DNA of 64,000 nt from Chrysomallon squamiferum (Eukaryota; Animalia; Mollusca), in contig CM022672.1 in assembly GCA_012295275.1 (NCBI GenBank), positions 372,001-436,000 on the forward strand, given 5' to 3'. The translations under genes were made by a program, and so were the position numbers. This document shows, in pieces, positions 40,334-54,867 of the stretch; position 1 is the stretch's first letter, and every line of letters starts with the position of its first letter. A model generated the notes under the pieces. It searched no databases, was not told the DNA's origin, and saw only the letters and a program-made list of their open reading frames with translations.

Positions 40334-43300
40334 GGTACCTTGACTTATGAGTTTAATTCATTCCATGACCGAGCTCACAACTGAATTTGCTCATATATCA
40401 AATCAGTTTTCCTAACTGAAATTAATTAAAATAACATTAATCTGTTCCAGCTCCCCCAAAACTACCCCTTTTTAAAAAAAAAAAAAATTATAATTTTTAA
40501 ATAAGAAAAATGTATTTATAAATGACAAATATTGTATAAAAAAAAAAAAAAATAAAAGACTATGTAAAGAAATAAATTGGTTTTGTAAAGTGTACAGGGT
40601 TAGGGTTTCTCCATTTTTTCATGATGTCTGCAGCTTAGAAATTATTTTAACACCTTTGGCTGGAGTTCTAGCCTTTATCGACTCCTTCTGTTTCAGTATG
40701 GTACATATAGTAAAAGTACTACGCTTGTACTGCTTAACTATGTTGTCTACACGCACACCTCGCTCATATTTTTCTATGATTTCAAGCTTTAATTCAATGG
40801 ACATCATCCACTTCTTCTCAGAACAGTCCTTTGTTCTCACTTTCTTAGGATCCATGGAAATTTGGCAAAATGCTGCACAAAACGCGAGCACAACACAACA
40901 GAGATGCTTCCAAGATGGGGTAACAACGTGAAGCAAATGAATGAGACATGGGATGCTGGGCAGATGTTGTGTTGTTCGTTGCGCCAACTAGTGGCAGGGT
41001 ATCTGAAGTTTTGCTTGTAACTTCGATTTTGGCTCGCAACTCAAAGCAAAAAATAGACTGGGCGACTCCTCGTAACTTGGAAAACTCGCAAAAGGGAGCA
41101 CTTGTAGCTCAAAGTACCACTGTATACACACACACATACATACAATATTAGAAATAAATAAATAAAAATATATTATATTGATCATTTTTGATTTACACAA
41201 TATCTGATAGAATTTTATATTTTTAATTTTTAAATTAATTGTTTAATTATTCTTAGTTATTTTTTCTTGTGAAATTTGCAGCTAATATTAACACAAAAAA
41301 AATAATCAAATAACACTGAGATTAGTGTTACAGAGTCATAGAATTCTGTTCCAATTCTAGGTCACACATTTTTCACTGATTCTGGCTGCAGCAGATTTCA
41401 ATCCAGAAGGATATGAAACTTTGTGTAAACTGCTCAGTCGACAATACAAGAAAACAGGAAATCCAACACACATGTTAGAACATTACTTGTCAGTGGTTAC
41501 TAAGGGAACCTGCAATAATGAGGAAAATGGAAAGTTTTCCATGAACGATTTTGATTCAAGGCAAGCCTATGCTAACAGTCGAATACAGTGTAAGTTGTTT
41601 TAATATATATAATGAAATTTTATTCAGTTATAAAAAGGAAATATTTTATTAAGCTTTTAACAAATTACAGATTCAATAAGATATAAATTGGTAAATTATA
41701 TTTTTGAAAAGTGCAGTTCAGGCAATCATGCTGTCATGATATAAAGAGATTAAAAATATAATATATATTTATCTAAAAGTTATTAGTTACTTCAAACAGG
41801 GTAACCATCAACAGCTAATCTGGCATGTGTAGATTTTGTTATGGGTAAACTTCACACTTTTTTTTAAATAAAAAATGACATCATTCCATGTAAGTTAAAT
41901 GAAATATTTTTCAGCAATAATTAAGATGTTTGGGGCTGAAACAATTCTTCTGTACACTGGAATGTTGTTAAAGAAACAAATAGCAGTCTACTTTCCACGA
42001 GAAGCTATCAGTGATCTTCTCAGTTTTACCAGGTTTGTGTGAAATGTCTTACTAAAACTTTGTCTGTTCAGTACTGAACTAATGTGTCTGTCATGACTGT
42101 CTTTTCATGACATCTGTAAATATGTTGTGAAGTAAGAACATGAATTCAGAATAACATTTTTTTTTTATAACTGATTTCTTTTACATAACTGTGGATGAAA
42201 AATACCAAATTTTTAAAATAATAATTTACCTTTCTTTTTGTTATCTTTAAGTATTTTACTACTTTCATGGAAATCAGATAACTCTATGAAGGGAAACCTG
42301 AAAATGAATTAAATAATTTTAATATTAATTAATAATGAAAGTTAGGATGGTTTTTATATGATTTTTTAAAGTTAATTTCTGTATACTTCAGATCACTTCC
42401 TGCCTTTGTGTGGCACAGACAGAACTGGGATGTTGTGTTTCCATTTTTGAATTTAACACAGCGAGATGTTGATTGTCTAAAGAAAATTAATCACTATGTC
42501 GCTGGCTTCACCAACACAGAAATAGAGGGCAGGTAACTCTTATTTCTTTTATTTATTACTCTTTTTTTTAATTGCTTTTAATAACTTATTTTGGTTTAGT
42601 GTTTCTAATTTATTTTTGTCTACTGTTTTTAAATTATTTTTATTTATTGCTATATAAATTTACATTTTATTTATTGTTTTTAAATAATATTTTTGTGCAG
42701 TAAATATCTGGACATCAAAATATTTAGTTTGTGATGAATCAAATTCATAGCTGACATACAGGTGCTACTCCTTCTGATAACCAGAGAGAGTTTTGTTTAC
42801 AGAATTTTACCAAAGTAAAATAATAATTTAGTTTTTGAAATAGAGTAAAAATATAATGTGAAGTTTATCACTCAAGTTACAAGTGAGAAATGTACAACAA
42901 GTACATTAATTGTGACAAGAAACTCCACAATAATTCTCTCAAAACTATCTAGATAGGTTTTTGAAAATGTTTCTACGGATCAAATATATCTGATATTATT
43001 GTAAATGTTACATGACAGATCTGTATGTCATTTTTGTAAATGCTACTGGACAGATCTGTATGAAATTTTTGTGAATATTACAGAACAGATCTGTATGACA
43101 TTTTTGTAAATGTTACAGGACAGATCTGTATGACATTTTTGTAAATGTTACAGGACAGATCTGTATGATATTTTTGTAAATGGTGCAGCAAGGACTATCA
43201 CAGTTTCAGCTCATGCTAGAGGTAAACCTTTCTTTGTTTTATTCCGTTGGCATCAAATAATATAAACCTTTTTAACTAAATATATCTAGTGACTATTTGC

Positions 43301-44239
43301 ATATAAAATCATCTAAATCAGTTTTGTATATTTCTAAATATTTGAAAATAATTTCTTACTAAGTAAGTCCTTGAGTGGGTAAACATTAAACATACATTTT
43401 GTAAACTTTCAAATTTGCTAATATTAAAATAATGCCATAAAATAACCATACTACAAGAAAGCATGAAAGGTATCAATTTTACTTTATTTTATATAATGTT
43501 ATATCCATCTTTACAAAATCTTGACAGACAGAGAACACCTTCTTATGAAAAAAAGAAAGAAACACATATTATTAATTTAAAGGTTGTTTTACAGAATATT
43601 TCATGTTGGGTAAACTTCACAAAGACATCAGTTCGGTGATGATTCAGTCTGCTGAAAACCCTGAAAACACAGATCAGGATGTGATAAAAGTATATATATA
43701 CAAATATTCCAGCAAAAAAACCCCACAAAAAAAAGTCACAAATGAAATAATTTCCTTCTGATTTATTTGGTTAACAATCAATTAGTATCTTACATATATA
43801 GTTTTCTAATTTTTATTCTATGCAACGTTTAGGTAACTGGTAAGTATTTAACCTCAAGATGAAATGTAATTTGATTGGAAAGAAGAAATAGCTGTTAAGC
43901 ATCTAGACTACCCATTACATAATTCTGTAGATTTAATGAACTTGTTTTAATAACCATGCATTTAGAAGTTTTAAGTATTTCAATAGCCAAGTTAAATTTG
44001 TAAATTAAACATTGTTTATTTAAAACTGATTATTCAACGATGTTGATGTTATTTTAAAATTTCAGGACATTGCAAAGAAGACAAAGGAACTGTTAACAAA
44101 CTTGAAAACTCTGGCGACAGACGATGGAAATGGAAATCTGTTCATTACACTGGAGAGTCTGAGAGAAAGAAAGATGGCTGCAGCTAGAGAAAACTTTCTT
44201 TTCAGTCTTGCAGCGTGTGAGGGTCTTGTTAAACTGTAG
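39408..44239 (+). CDS. DENND10: DENN domain-containing protein 10 (FAM45A), 8 exons
   Basis: EKDTNGDVLWVWSYPS.../VTHFSLILAAADFNPEGY...VVTKGTCNNEENGKF.../SLPAFVWHRQNW.../RTDLYDIFVN.../MLGKLHKDI.../DIAKKTKELLTNL...ENFLFSLAACEGLVKL* tracks human FAM45A throughout. Confidence 0.93.
40330..41122 (-). mobile_element. Second Tigger/pogo-type non-autonomous element, flanked by (CA)n
   Basis: TIRs CAGTGGTACCTTGA...TCAAAGTACCACTG+TA; ORF MDPKKVRTKDCSEKKWMMSIELKLEIIEKYERGVRVDNIVKQYKRSTFTICTILKQKESIK (CENP-B/psq-type HTH). Confidence 0.88.
42976..43188 (+). repeat. 35-bp array copying the DENND10 exon start and acceptor (5-6 copies)
   Basis: GACAGATCTGTATGACATTTTTGTAAATGTTACAG units; the last copy is coding (R-T-D-L-Y-D-I-F-V-N). 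Confidence 0.92.
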
Positions 44240-46494
44240 TCTGTCTGTCTTTCTAAACAATTGTTTTTTTAATAGATATTTCAAATACCATATATATTGT
44301 AAAATGCTGTGTAAGTAAAATATATTTTCTGTAAGAAAGGTCTACTCAGGCAAGATTTATCAAGTTCCAGGTTTTTAACTATATTTTAGTAATGGTTACC
44401 ATAGAACAACTGATCTTTGTATCTCACACTCTGTATTTTAACAAGTGATCATTTGATTGCAGCCACCCTATAGACAAACCTATCATATGTTTTTGAACAC
44501 CTATCATACCTGAGAAATCAATAGTATACTGTACTATAGAAACACTCATGTTGTGTTTTGAATGGGTGGACAAGATCATTTTTGTTTTCTCTAAATCATT
44601 TTTACTCTATTTATTTTTGGAATGATGTACAGACACACAGATGTTCAGATAGAAATACTTGAGTAGTCAGCACTAAGTGTTTAGTTTTCTATTACTGAAG
44701 ATGTATATAATAATAAATGTCTACCTGGCTCTGTGTATGTGCATATTGTATGCACATATGAATGTATGTATGTGTAACAAGCATTGTGCTAAAGTTTATC
44801 TGTACCAGAAAATGCTGATACCTGGCTTAGTATGAAAATATTTTCATTTTGATCTTCCATCAATTTGTTTATAAATTCAAAAGCATTATATTTAAATAAA
44901 ACATGGTTTTAATGTGTATGTGTATATATATATATATATATAAGCTCCTGAATTATGTCTGAATTGTGAATTTTTGCATATGTAATTAACATTTGGATTC
45001 AACATTTTAATGTCAAAAGCAGTATGTGATTGGTTAAATAACATAATATTATTACTAGCTTTAGTGCACTTACATCAGGTGATAAACTATGTAATTTTTT
45101 ATCAGCACTGACACGGTTAGTGTTAGAAATATTGTGATAAAAAATGTATTGGTACAAGAACAAAACTTGAATAGTTGTTTCCCTCTTTTAAAATAATAAA
45201 AAAATATTTTAATATGTTTTATTTATTGTTACTATATTTGTAGTGAATGAGGATTGTAATGATTTATGTTTCAATATCTGCATTATGTTTGTGTCTGTGT
45301 GCTAAATACAGGGACACAAACTGTTGCTACTTTTTCCACTCATTAGATTATTTAATAATAAGGGAACTCAGGGATGTAATTAGTTATACAAGTTTCAGTA
45401 AACAGAACTAATATAATTGAATAATGCAAAATTGTACCACCATTAATGGTAGTTTTCTTAGATTAATCAGTGACCAGTTTTCTCCATTTGTTCAGTACAA
45501 GAAGGAAGAGAAAATATATCAATTGTTTTGTTTGGCAAATATAATTAACAGTATCCAAATGTTATATTTGTTTCAGTAAAATAACCTGCGAGTTTTTATC
45601 TACAATTTTTTTTCTTTACTTGTTTGTTTTAGAATCTACAAACGGGTATCTTTGTTATCTGAGCTTTTCACCAACTTTTTTTTCTGTGGTACATGGTTAT
45701 ATGTACCTGGCCTCAATTACACTTTTCTAACATGAATATGTACATTTGCCTGCAACATTCATCAAAGATGCTGAAAAATTAATTTATAAATAAATAATAG
45801 AAAATGTATTTCTATCCAACACTTTTATTCCTAATAAATTTGGATGTACATGTCAAGTATATACTTTTTTGTTTTGTTTTGTTTAGAAATACTGTAACAA
45901 ACTGAAATTCCCTCAGATCATCTATATTAATAAATAAAAGGTGGAACAATTTAAAAAACTGATGAAGTTTGGGTTGCACAGTCTGACTAGAGATTTGTTT
46001 ACAGTTGGACATTTTCTAATGGAAATACAGTAACAATGCATCCTTACTTAACAAGCACATAACTACAACAACAATTTCTTAATGCAAATATTCACTTCAC
46101 ATGATTGTAACTCTTTCAGCTTTGCAGTTTGTCCAAAACTAAGTAACTTGGCAGAAACCTTAAATTTTGATTGGATTTAGTGAATATATTCAGAGAGGGT
46201 CAGATAACTACAATGTTCTGTGTATTAGAGTACAAGTGTGAGTTTTATTGTGTCAGAACAGGTTAAAAAAATATTACTTATATCTGTTTACCTACTTTGG
46301 CCAAACCACACAAATAACTGTCATTAAGTATTTTAACATCAAAAATATTTGATGTGGGGTGCTGATCTGTTGGTAACTTCAAGAAGACCAGTTATTAAAC
46401 ATTTCCCTTTTAAAATTTCCACTTGATGAATATGTACATGAGGCTAAATTCTGGTAATGCTTTGAGAAGAATGATTTTTCTCTGACTGATCTCA

Positions 46495-49400
46495 TTACGT
46501 GTCGTCTCCTCGTGTTTTGCGTTTTTTTGATTTGCCTCCATCTTGTGGAGGATCCTGGGAGGGTCTTCGTTTCTTGGCTTCCTCTTCCTGAAAGCATTTA
46601 AAATTTGGTTTAAACAAAGATTAATTTTTTTCCAGCATACTAATATAAAGCCGTATAAAAAATAAAAAAAAAATCATTTTTGTTATTTTTATACTTCTGT
46701 CAAATAAAGTACAAGATGTATTTAATTTTTTTTTTTTTAAAAGATAAATTATTTTTAGTTAAATAATTACAACTAACCAGTTTTGTATGTTAGAAGTTAC
46801 TGTTACTGATAAATATAAAATATTTGTAAAAGTCCTTGTTAAATTTACCTGAGCCTCAGACCTTCGTGACTGGCGAAGATTTTTTGTGTCTGTAGTCTGA
46901 ACCATCAACTGTGTACTGACATATTGCTGTAAAATTAAAACACATTTCAAATTAGTAAGTAACTTATTATAACATAGCCAAATATCATTTACTCTCCTTC
47001 ATTCATTTTTTATATTTCACCTTTCCCATAAAACATTGTAGTTAATTTTTAAAACTGAGAATTCTTATGATTAATGTTTCCATTCAGTGAGATAATTTTG
47101 CTCCCAGTAAGGTTATCTAATTTCAAGAAGGAATGTAATTGAATATTCACTTAATATGACACAAAGTCAGTCAAATCATAGCATTCGTGAAAGAAATGGA
47201 AATTAAAACCCAAACACAAAAGTATAATATTTAAATGGTTTTGTGCAGTCCAACTAAAATAAATTTTAAAAATCAAGGAAAAAAAATAATCAGTGTTTTG
47301 TTGAAGACAGTTTAAATGATTACCTTGATGTGTTCCATGACATCATCGTACATCTCAATAGCAAGACGAAATACATTGTGGTTGGAGCTGTTGTACATGA
47401 TGGCATTGGTGAACATGAGCATCATGTCACGCTGGAACTCAGATGTTGTCCGGATGATGCCAGACTCAATGTTCTTCTTTATACTACTCAGATCCATGGA
47501 CCTTAATTTATAATAAAAATAATATGAATTATCTAACTGCTTGAATATGAATTTAAGAACTTTATACTACTAAAATCCATGAACTGTAATTTATAGCAAT
47601 AATAACATAATCTTAAAAATCTTTATTCTACTCAAATTAATGGACATAAAACAAAAACTACTAAAAACCCAACAAGAATAATAATTAAATCCATCATTTG
47701 AAAAAAATAAAAAAATAAATAAAGTTGTTAATCTTGTGAATTGTTTTTTTAATGTCTCAGTGATGTAAGCTGATTATCTGACAGTCACCAGTTATCTATA
47801 TTTATAATAATTTAACTTATTTCAAGTTCAGAGTTTTACAAATTTACCTGTGGACCACAGTGTTATACCCAGGGGCAATGTCATTTGAAACTGGATGAAG
47901 AAACACGCTGGCATATCTGAAATAAAATTAGCTAATTAGTCACTGGAAGTTGTTGTAGTTGCTGGATCATCACAGTAGTAGTACAGGTGATGACAACAGT
48001 AGCAGACATCCCACATTACACTTTGTTAAAAGATGTTATATAACTACCTTTGCTTGCAATGTACACAACATTTGTATTTATTTATTAATAAGAAACATTA
48101 TTTATATTTTTATTAATAAGAAACACTGTGACTGGAATAAAAAGAGCAAAATTTTGTTTGACTATCAGACATTTTTGTAACAAATGTGGTAATAGGATAA
48201 CATTTATAATAGCTGTGTTCATATAATATAATATTTTTAATAACTGACATACTTGTGAGTGGCAGCTGATCGCCACACCAGCATTATAGACTTCTTCCAC
48301 ATCTTGAAAGCTTTCTCATCCTCCGAGTCACTGCTGAAAAATACAACCTCATTTAACACACTCAGAATACATGAAAAACTGTACAAACAGGTCATACAAA
48401 AACTTTATTATCACTTAATAACAATTCACTTCTGATGAGAAATGAAATATATAAAACAATATTAAAGAAAAAAAACCCAATACAACTCTGGTAAATAATT
48501 AATATATGTAATATTAACAACGCCTTGTTTTTGTGTGTTTATGTGTATATACATATACATACCCGCGTGTGTACACACACATACATTTACATTGAATGTA
48601 ACAGATAATACAATATTACCAGTACCAAGGTAAGAAACAGAGTTTTAACACTTTTGTATGTTAACAATGGTGAGTTAAACCAATAATACCACATTGACAG
48701 GGATGCTGGACTGTTCGGAATTGACTCGCACGGCAGTGGAGGCATCGCAGGTATCAGTGTTGCAGCACCTACAGCATCATCACTTTCTACTATTTCTTCA
48801 TCAGTCATGTCTGTCTCGCTGTGTTTTGAGTTTGTCTCATCTTTCTTTTCATCTTCCTGTAAAAAAAATGTTAACATCAGTCAAACAAACACAAAGAGAA
48901 AAACGTGAACACAAACAAATGAAATCTTCATTTTCTCCATACTGAACCATCATGTCCTTTCCATGATTCTTTTTAAATAAAAATGGAAGTAATAATTTTT
49001 TTTTTTAAATCTAAAATGGGTTTCTTTCTGTTTTGCATTTAAAAAATATCCTCATTATCACTGTTATTTTTGTTAAAAAATCAAGCTTGTCATAGACTGT
49101 CTATTGTTTTAAGGTTACTGTAAAAATAATTATAAAATTGTTTAAATTATTGTTTCCAAAATTATAACTGTTGTTTAATATTATTAACTGTTACTTTGTG
49201 GGAATATCTCTCTCAGTTAAATAGTAAAATGGACAAATCTGACTCACCACAATACTTCGACGAGTAAATCTGCCACCTTTGCGAGGGCATGTACGACCTG
49301 AAATAATAACATTACAAACATTGTAAATAACAAACAATTCATAAACATCATATGGAAATATTAATTAATGACTCAGTATTAAATATATATTAAGTATTTC

Positions 49401-52400
49401 ACCTTTCTTTTTGCGAGGTTTGATGTGAATCTTTCCACCTGTCTCACTGATTTTCGAAGACACACTGCTAGCAGGAGATGCTGGTTCTTCTTTCAGAGAC
49501 ACTTCCTCATCAACACTGAAAAAACTAGCAGCCTCCCCCTCCTCCTGCACAAAGAAACATTTCATGTTGTTGAAACCAATAACTTAAATCTGATACGTCA
49601 CAGTTTACACAACAAATAACTAACAAATAAGTTTATGCTACAACAATTTACTTTTACTCTAATATATGTCCATATAAAACATACAGACAAAATTATTTAA
49701 CTTTCATTTATGTACACACTGACATACACACACATGTTCATACATGCAGGTTCTCACATCATTATTCCAATGTTTACTAACCTCTTTATGAAAATAATTG
49801 CTTAACTTTTTCTGACAACATAACAACTCACCTCTTTCTCAGAACATAACTACTCACCTCTTTCTCACAACGTAACTACTCGCCTCTTTCTCACAATGTA
49901 ACTACTCACCTCTTTCTCACAACGTAACTACCCACCTCTTTCTCACAACGTAACTACTCACCTCTTTCTCACAACATAACTACTCACCTCTTTCTCACAA
50001 CACAACTACTCACCTCTTTCTCACAACACAACTACTCACCTCTTTCTCACAACATAACTACTCACCTCTTTCTCACAATACAACTACTCACCTCTTTCTC
50101 ACAATACAACTACTCACCTCTTTCTCACACCACCTAACTACTCACCTCTTTCTCTGGTTTTTTCTTCTGCTCATTTTCTGTTTCTGTATTTTTAGGTTTC
50201 TTCTCCTCCACTTCTTCCTTCACCTTGCTCACTTCCTGCTCAGCTTTCTGTGAGCTGCTCTCTGACTCTGTCTGTTTGGGTGGTTCTGGTACTTCAGTGG
50301 AAACAACTTCTACATTGGCATCTGAAAATTAGAAAAAAATAATGAACTTTTTCTTTATTCCTCATCTTTGTTTACCATATTTCTCTTCCTCCTACATTCA
50401 CTTTCTCAACCATTCTCTATCACATCACATGCATCCACTCTGTTGTTTTCTAAACATAAAATATTTGTTCAAAAATACCTTCTATCACTGGTTTTAACTC
50501 CAATTCCATTGTAACAGTGTTTTCAGGGACAACAAACGTCGTTTTCACAGGAGAAATGACTGGTGTTGTTGTTGTAGGTGATGTTACTGTTGTCAATGGT
50601 GGTTTCTGAATGTTGAGAAGTTTTGACAATGTAGGTGCTGCTGTAGAATAAAAACAAAACAAAACACATTGTGAAATCAATATGTGACTGCTATGCTATA
50701 AAATAAAAGAAGCAACAAACTGACATCAAGTAAAATAAAATAACAAAATAATCTTATGTGTCAAATTTCCATAAACATTCATGTTAAAACTATAACAATG
50801 GTAAATTAAAACCAATTAAAAATAAACTAAATTATAGAGTGTTTCTAACATTTCAAACATATACAAAAAAACCCCAAATACTTTAAATGTTTCACACAAA
50901 CAACAAGACCAGCATCAAAACAAGGTAAAAAAGAATTATGTACACATTAAGATGAAATATAAAACTTATTTCTTTTCAGTTTCTTTAAACACTCGGTTAG
51001 TTTAAATATTCAAACAATTCTATCTAGCATCTCCTGGCTCATTTCATATGTATTTTCCAGCAGTTTAGTTTATTTTTTAAAACTCTGATGTTGATACAGC
51101 AGCTGTACTCACCACACGAAGGTGAAGTAGGAAGAGATTCTGGTTGTGACACTGTTGGTGCTGGCACGGACACACGGACTTGTGGTACTGCAGACTGCTC
51201 TTTCTGCTGATTGGCTAAAGCTTCTAATGCTGCTGCTTGTTGATTGGACAGCTGCTGAGACAAAGCCTGCTCTGCTTGCTCTGCTTCCTGTAAACATTTT
51301 AAAAATAAAAACAATGAGTATGTATATTTCGTGTTTGTTTATTCCTAAATATATATTAGTTATTTTTACTTTTTTACACTGAAGTCATCTTAATGAATTT
51401 GGTACAGTCAATTACAAAAGTAACAAATAAAACTAAGCTAATTATGAGTGAAATGCTGGAAATATTACCATTAAATTTATTTATGCCGAGACATTTATTA
51501 TTTTCTTCATTAGTTAATACAAACATTTAGTAATTAACAGTCTGATACGAGTAAACTTGCCAGTGGTTTAAGATGGGCTGTGTAAACTCATCACCTCTAA
51601 GTGAGGTACTGCTGTGTTAATCTGACTTACATTTTTCAGCTGCTGAAGACTATCAGCTGATTTCAATTTACTCTGCAGCAGTGATGATAGGAGTGGGGAG
51701 GTTGGGGGATGTTTTGTTTTCTGTTCTGATGGAAGTGTAGAGGAAACTGTCACTGTAAGACCTGAGCTCACCTCTTCCAGAATCTGAAGAAAAACAGTAA
51801 AATCATTTAGTAAAAACAAGTTTTCATTAATTGGTTACTTTAAAAACAGTATAATCATTCTAGTAAAAACATGTTTTCATTAACTGGTGACTTTAAAACA
51901 GTAAAATCATTCTAGTAAAAACATGTTTTCATTAACCGGTTACTTTACTATTAACATTAACTTGGTTATATCACCTTTTACAACTACTTTGATTAATTTA
52001 CTACGTAAACATTCTCGTTACATCACTTTTGTGCCATAAACAGATATGTTGTACATCACCTTTGTGCTATAAAGTAATCTTGTCACATCACCTGTGTGTT
52101 ATAAACAGTTATCTTGTTACATCACCATTATGGTATAAACAGTTACATTGTTACATCACCTTTGTGGTATAAACAGGTATCTTGTACATCACCTTTGTGT
52201 TATGAAAAGTTATGTTGTAACATCATGTATGTGCTATAAACAGTTATCTTGTACATCACCTTTGTGCTATGAAGTTATCTTGTACATCACCTTTTGCTAC
52301 AAACATTTATCTTGTACATCACCTTTGTGCTACAGTTATCTTGTACATCACCTTTGTGCTATAAACAGTTATCTTGTACATCACCTTTGTGCTATAAACA

Positions 52401-54809
52401 GTTACCTTGGTGATAATTACCTTGAGGAATGCTGGTGTTTTTTCCTGTGAACTCTCTTCTGACTCAGTCTGGCCTGTCTGTGAAACACTGAGTGGATTTT
52501 CTGGAATCTGCAACTTTCTTCCTTTTATAGATGCTGAAATGTACAATGTTTTCAAAAAATAGACAATAAAAAAAATTAAAAAAATTAAAATCCCAGCAGT
52601 GAAGTCAGACTTGTATATTGCTGTTAACAACGTACCATATTAACAATGAGGACAAAATAGTTTGTACCACAGATATAAATATATGCTGAACACTGAGGTA
52701 CTTGTTATCAAACTTTTAAACTTGACAGTGATCAAGCCTACACTTAAATATTAAGACAAAACCAAGTTGATCTGTATTGAACATGTTAAATCAAAAATGA
52801 CTAATACCAAGTTGTTCTGTACTGAACATGTTAAATACAAAATGACTAATATCAAGTTGTTCTGTACTGAACATGTTAAATCAAAAATGACTAATACCAA
52901 GTTGTTCTGTACTGAACATGTTAAATACAAAATGACTAATATCGAGTTGTTCTGTACTGAACATGTTAAATACAAAATGACTAATATCGAGTTGTTCTGT
53001 ACTGAACATGTTAAATACAAAATGACTAATACTGAGTTGTTCTGTACTGAACATGTTAAATACAAAATGACTAATACCGAGTTGTTCTGTACTGAACATG
53101 TTAAATACAAAATGACTAATACCGAGTTGTTCTGTACTGAACATATTAAATACAAAATGACTAATATCGAGTTGTTCTGTACTGAACATGTTAAATAAAA
53201 AATGACTAATATCGAGTTGTTCTGTACTGAACATGTTAAATACAAAATGACTAATACTGAGTTGTTCTGTACTGAACATATTAAATACAAAATGACTAAT
53301 ACCGAGTTGTTCTGTACGAGAATTTGCTGAGTCTTCCTGTTCTTTCTTCTCACTCTCTTTCACTGTTTCCTCACTGGATCGTTTTTCTCTGAAATGTACA
53401 AAAAGATAACAATCTAATTTTTATTCTTATATAAGTACTCAATACTTAAATGGGATGTAGTTAATGCAAATTACAGTGTAAATTTTATTATAAATCTAAT
53501 TACAATATACATGCTACTGTAATGAGTGGTAAGACTTACGCTTGCACTTTGTCCCAGACTTCGATCAGTTTGTCATCCCACTGTCCTGACTTTATGTATT
53601 CCACATCTTTTTTCAGTTTTCTAAAAAAAAAGATAAACCCAGATTATACTATAAACTAATTTATGAAATGTAAAGACAAATTCTATTGAAAAAAACACAA
53701 CAGAAGACAAATGTAGAAATTGTTTTTATTCTGTTAGAAACCTAAACAGTTTGAATATGACAATTTCATTTTCATAAATTTCAGAAGCAACAGACAAAAC
53801 TAAATATTTTATAATGTAATTAAAAATATCAACTATTTTCTACTTGTATCTATATTACTAAATATTTTGTAAAGTTATCTACAAAAATAAAATATTTACT
53901 TATATCTCTGCTGCTCATCATCAATTTTCTTTTTCAGTTCTTCAATGCGTTCAATTGTCATTTTCCTCACAATCTGAATGCTGGGAGTCTCCACAACACC
54001 ATCATCACCCCGCTTACGTCTTAAAACATCAAATAACCACTTCAGTCTCATTTAGAAAACAATTACCATCATCACTCAAATTTAATTTTTAATAAACCAC
54101 AACATCAAGATTGACCAAGGACAAATAACATACTTAATGTTTAATTAGAAAACAATTTAATTATTTTCTGTTCTAACTAATACTCCACATAAAGTAGGTC
54201 TTTTTCTTTGTAAAAAGAGTGCACGTAAAGATATCTTTCTAATATGAAGACTGAAGAATTCTTCCGAAGGATAGATATTTATCAGAAATGCCTATGTATG
54301 ATGTCATATAACCCAGTAATATAGAAAATTAATCAATGTACTTTGATTCACTTTATATATATATTACTGAATTCATTATCAATTTCAAAAATTCTTAATT
54401 TACATTTAGACAATATAAACAGTAATGGTATTAACACTAGTAAATTAAACTTTTAAAACTGCTTCTTTATCATTAATTTTTCTTCTTAAGTAAAAGATAC
54501 ACCTGAAACTAAAAATTATCAAACTATTCTGAAATCTTTTAAATGTCTGACAAAAAAACAAAATTTAATCCTGTCTGTTATAGAATAAATAAAATGATTC
54601 TGACTTACTTTGGTATTTCCACCTTCTCCAGGAGATCTGAGTACTGCAGTGCGCAATTCTGAAACAAATTCACTCATTGAGATTTCCACTCACTACCTGA
54701 ATGTGCTTAACTAATTTTCATCAATATTTAATCTCCTCAGTAATTAGAAATAAAATGTAACTGCTTTGACTACATTCTAAGTGGAACCATGTTCCTACAA
54801 CACACACAC

Positions 54810-54867
<58 letters not shown>

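Noticed and set aside
52751-53353. 200-aa and 143-aa repetitive ORFs as independent genes
   Set aside because: Alternative frames of the 45-bp array; only the BRD8-frame reading is considered.
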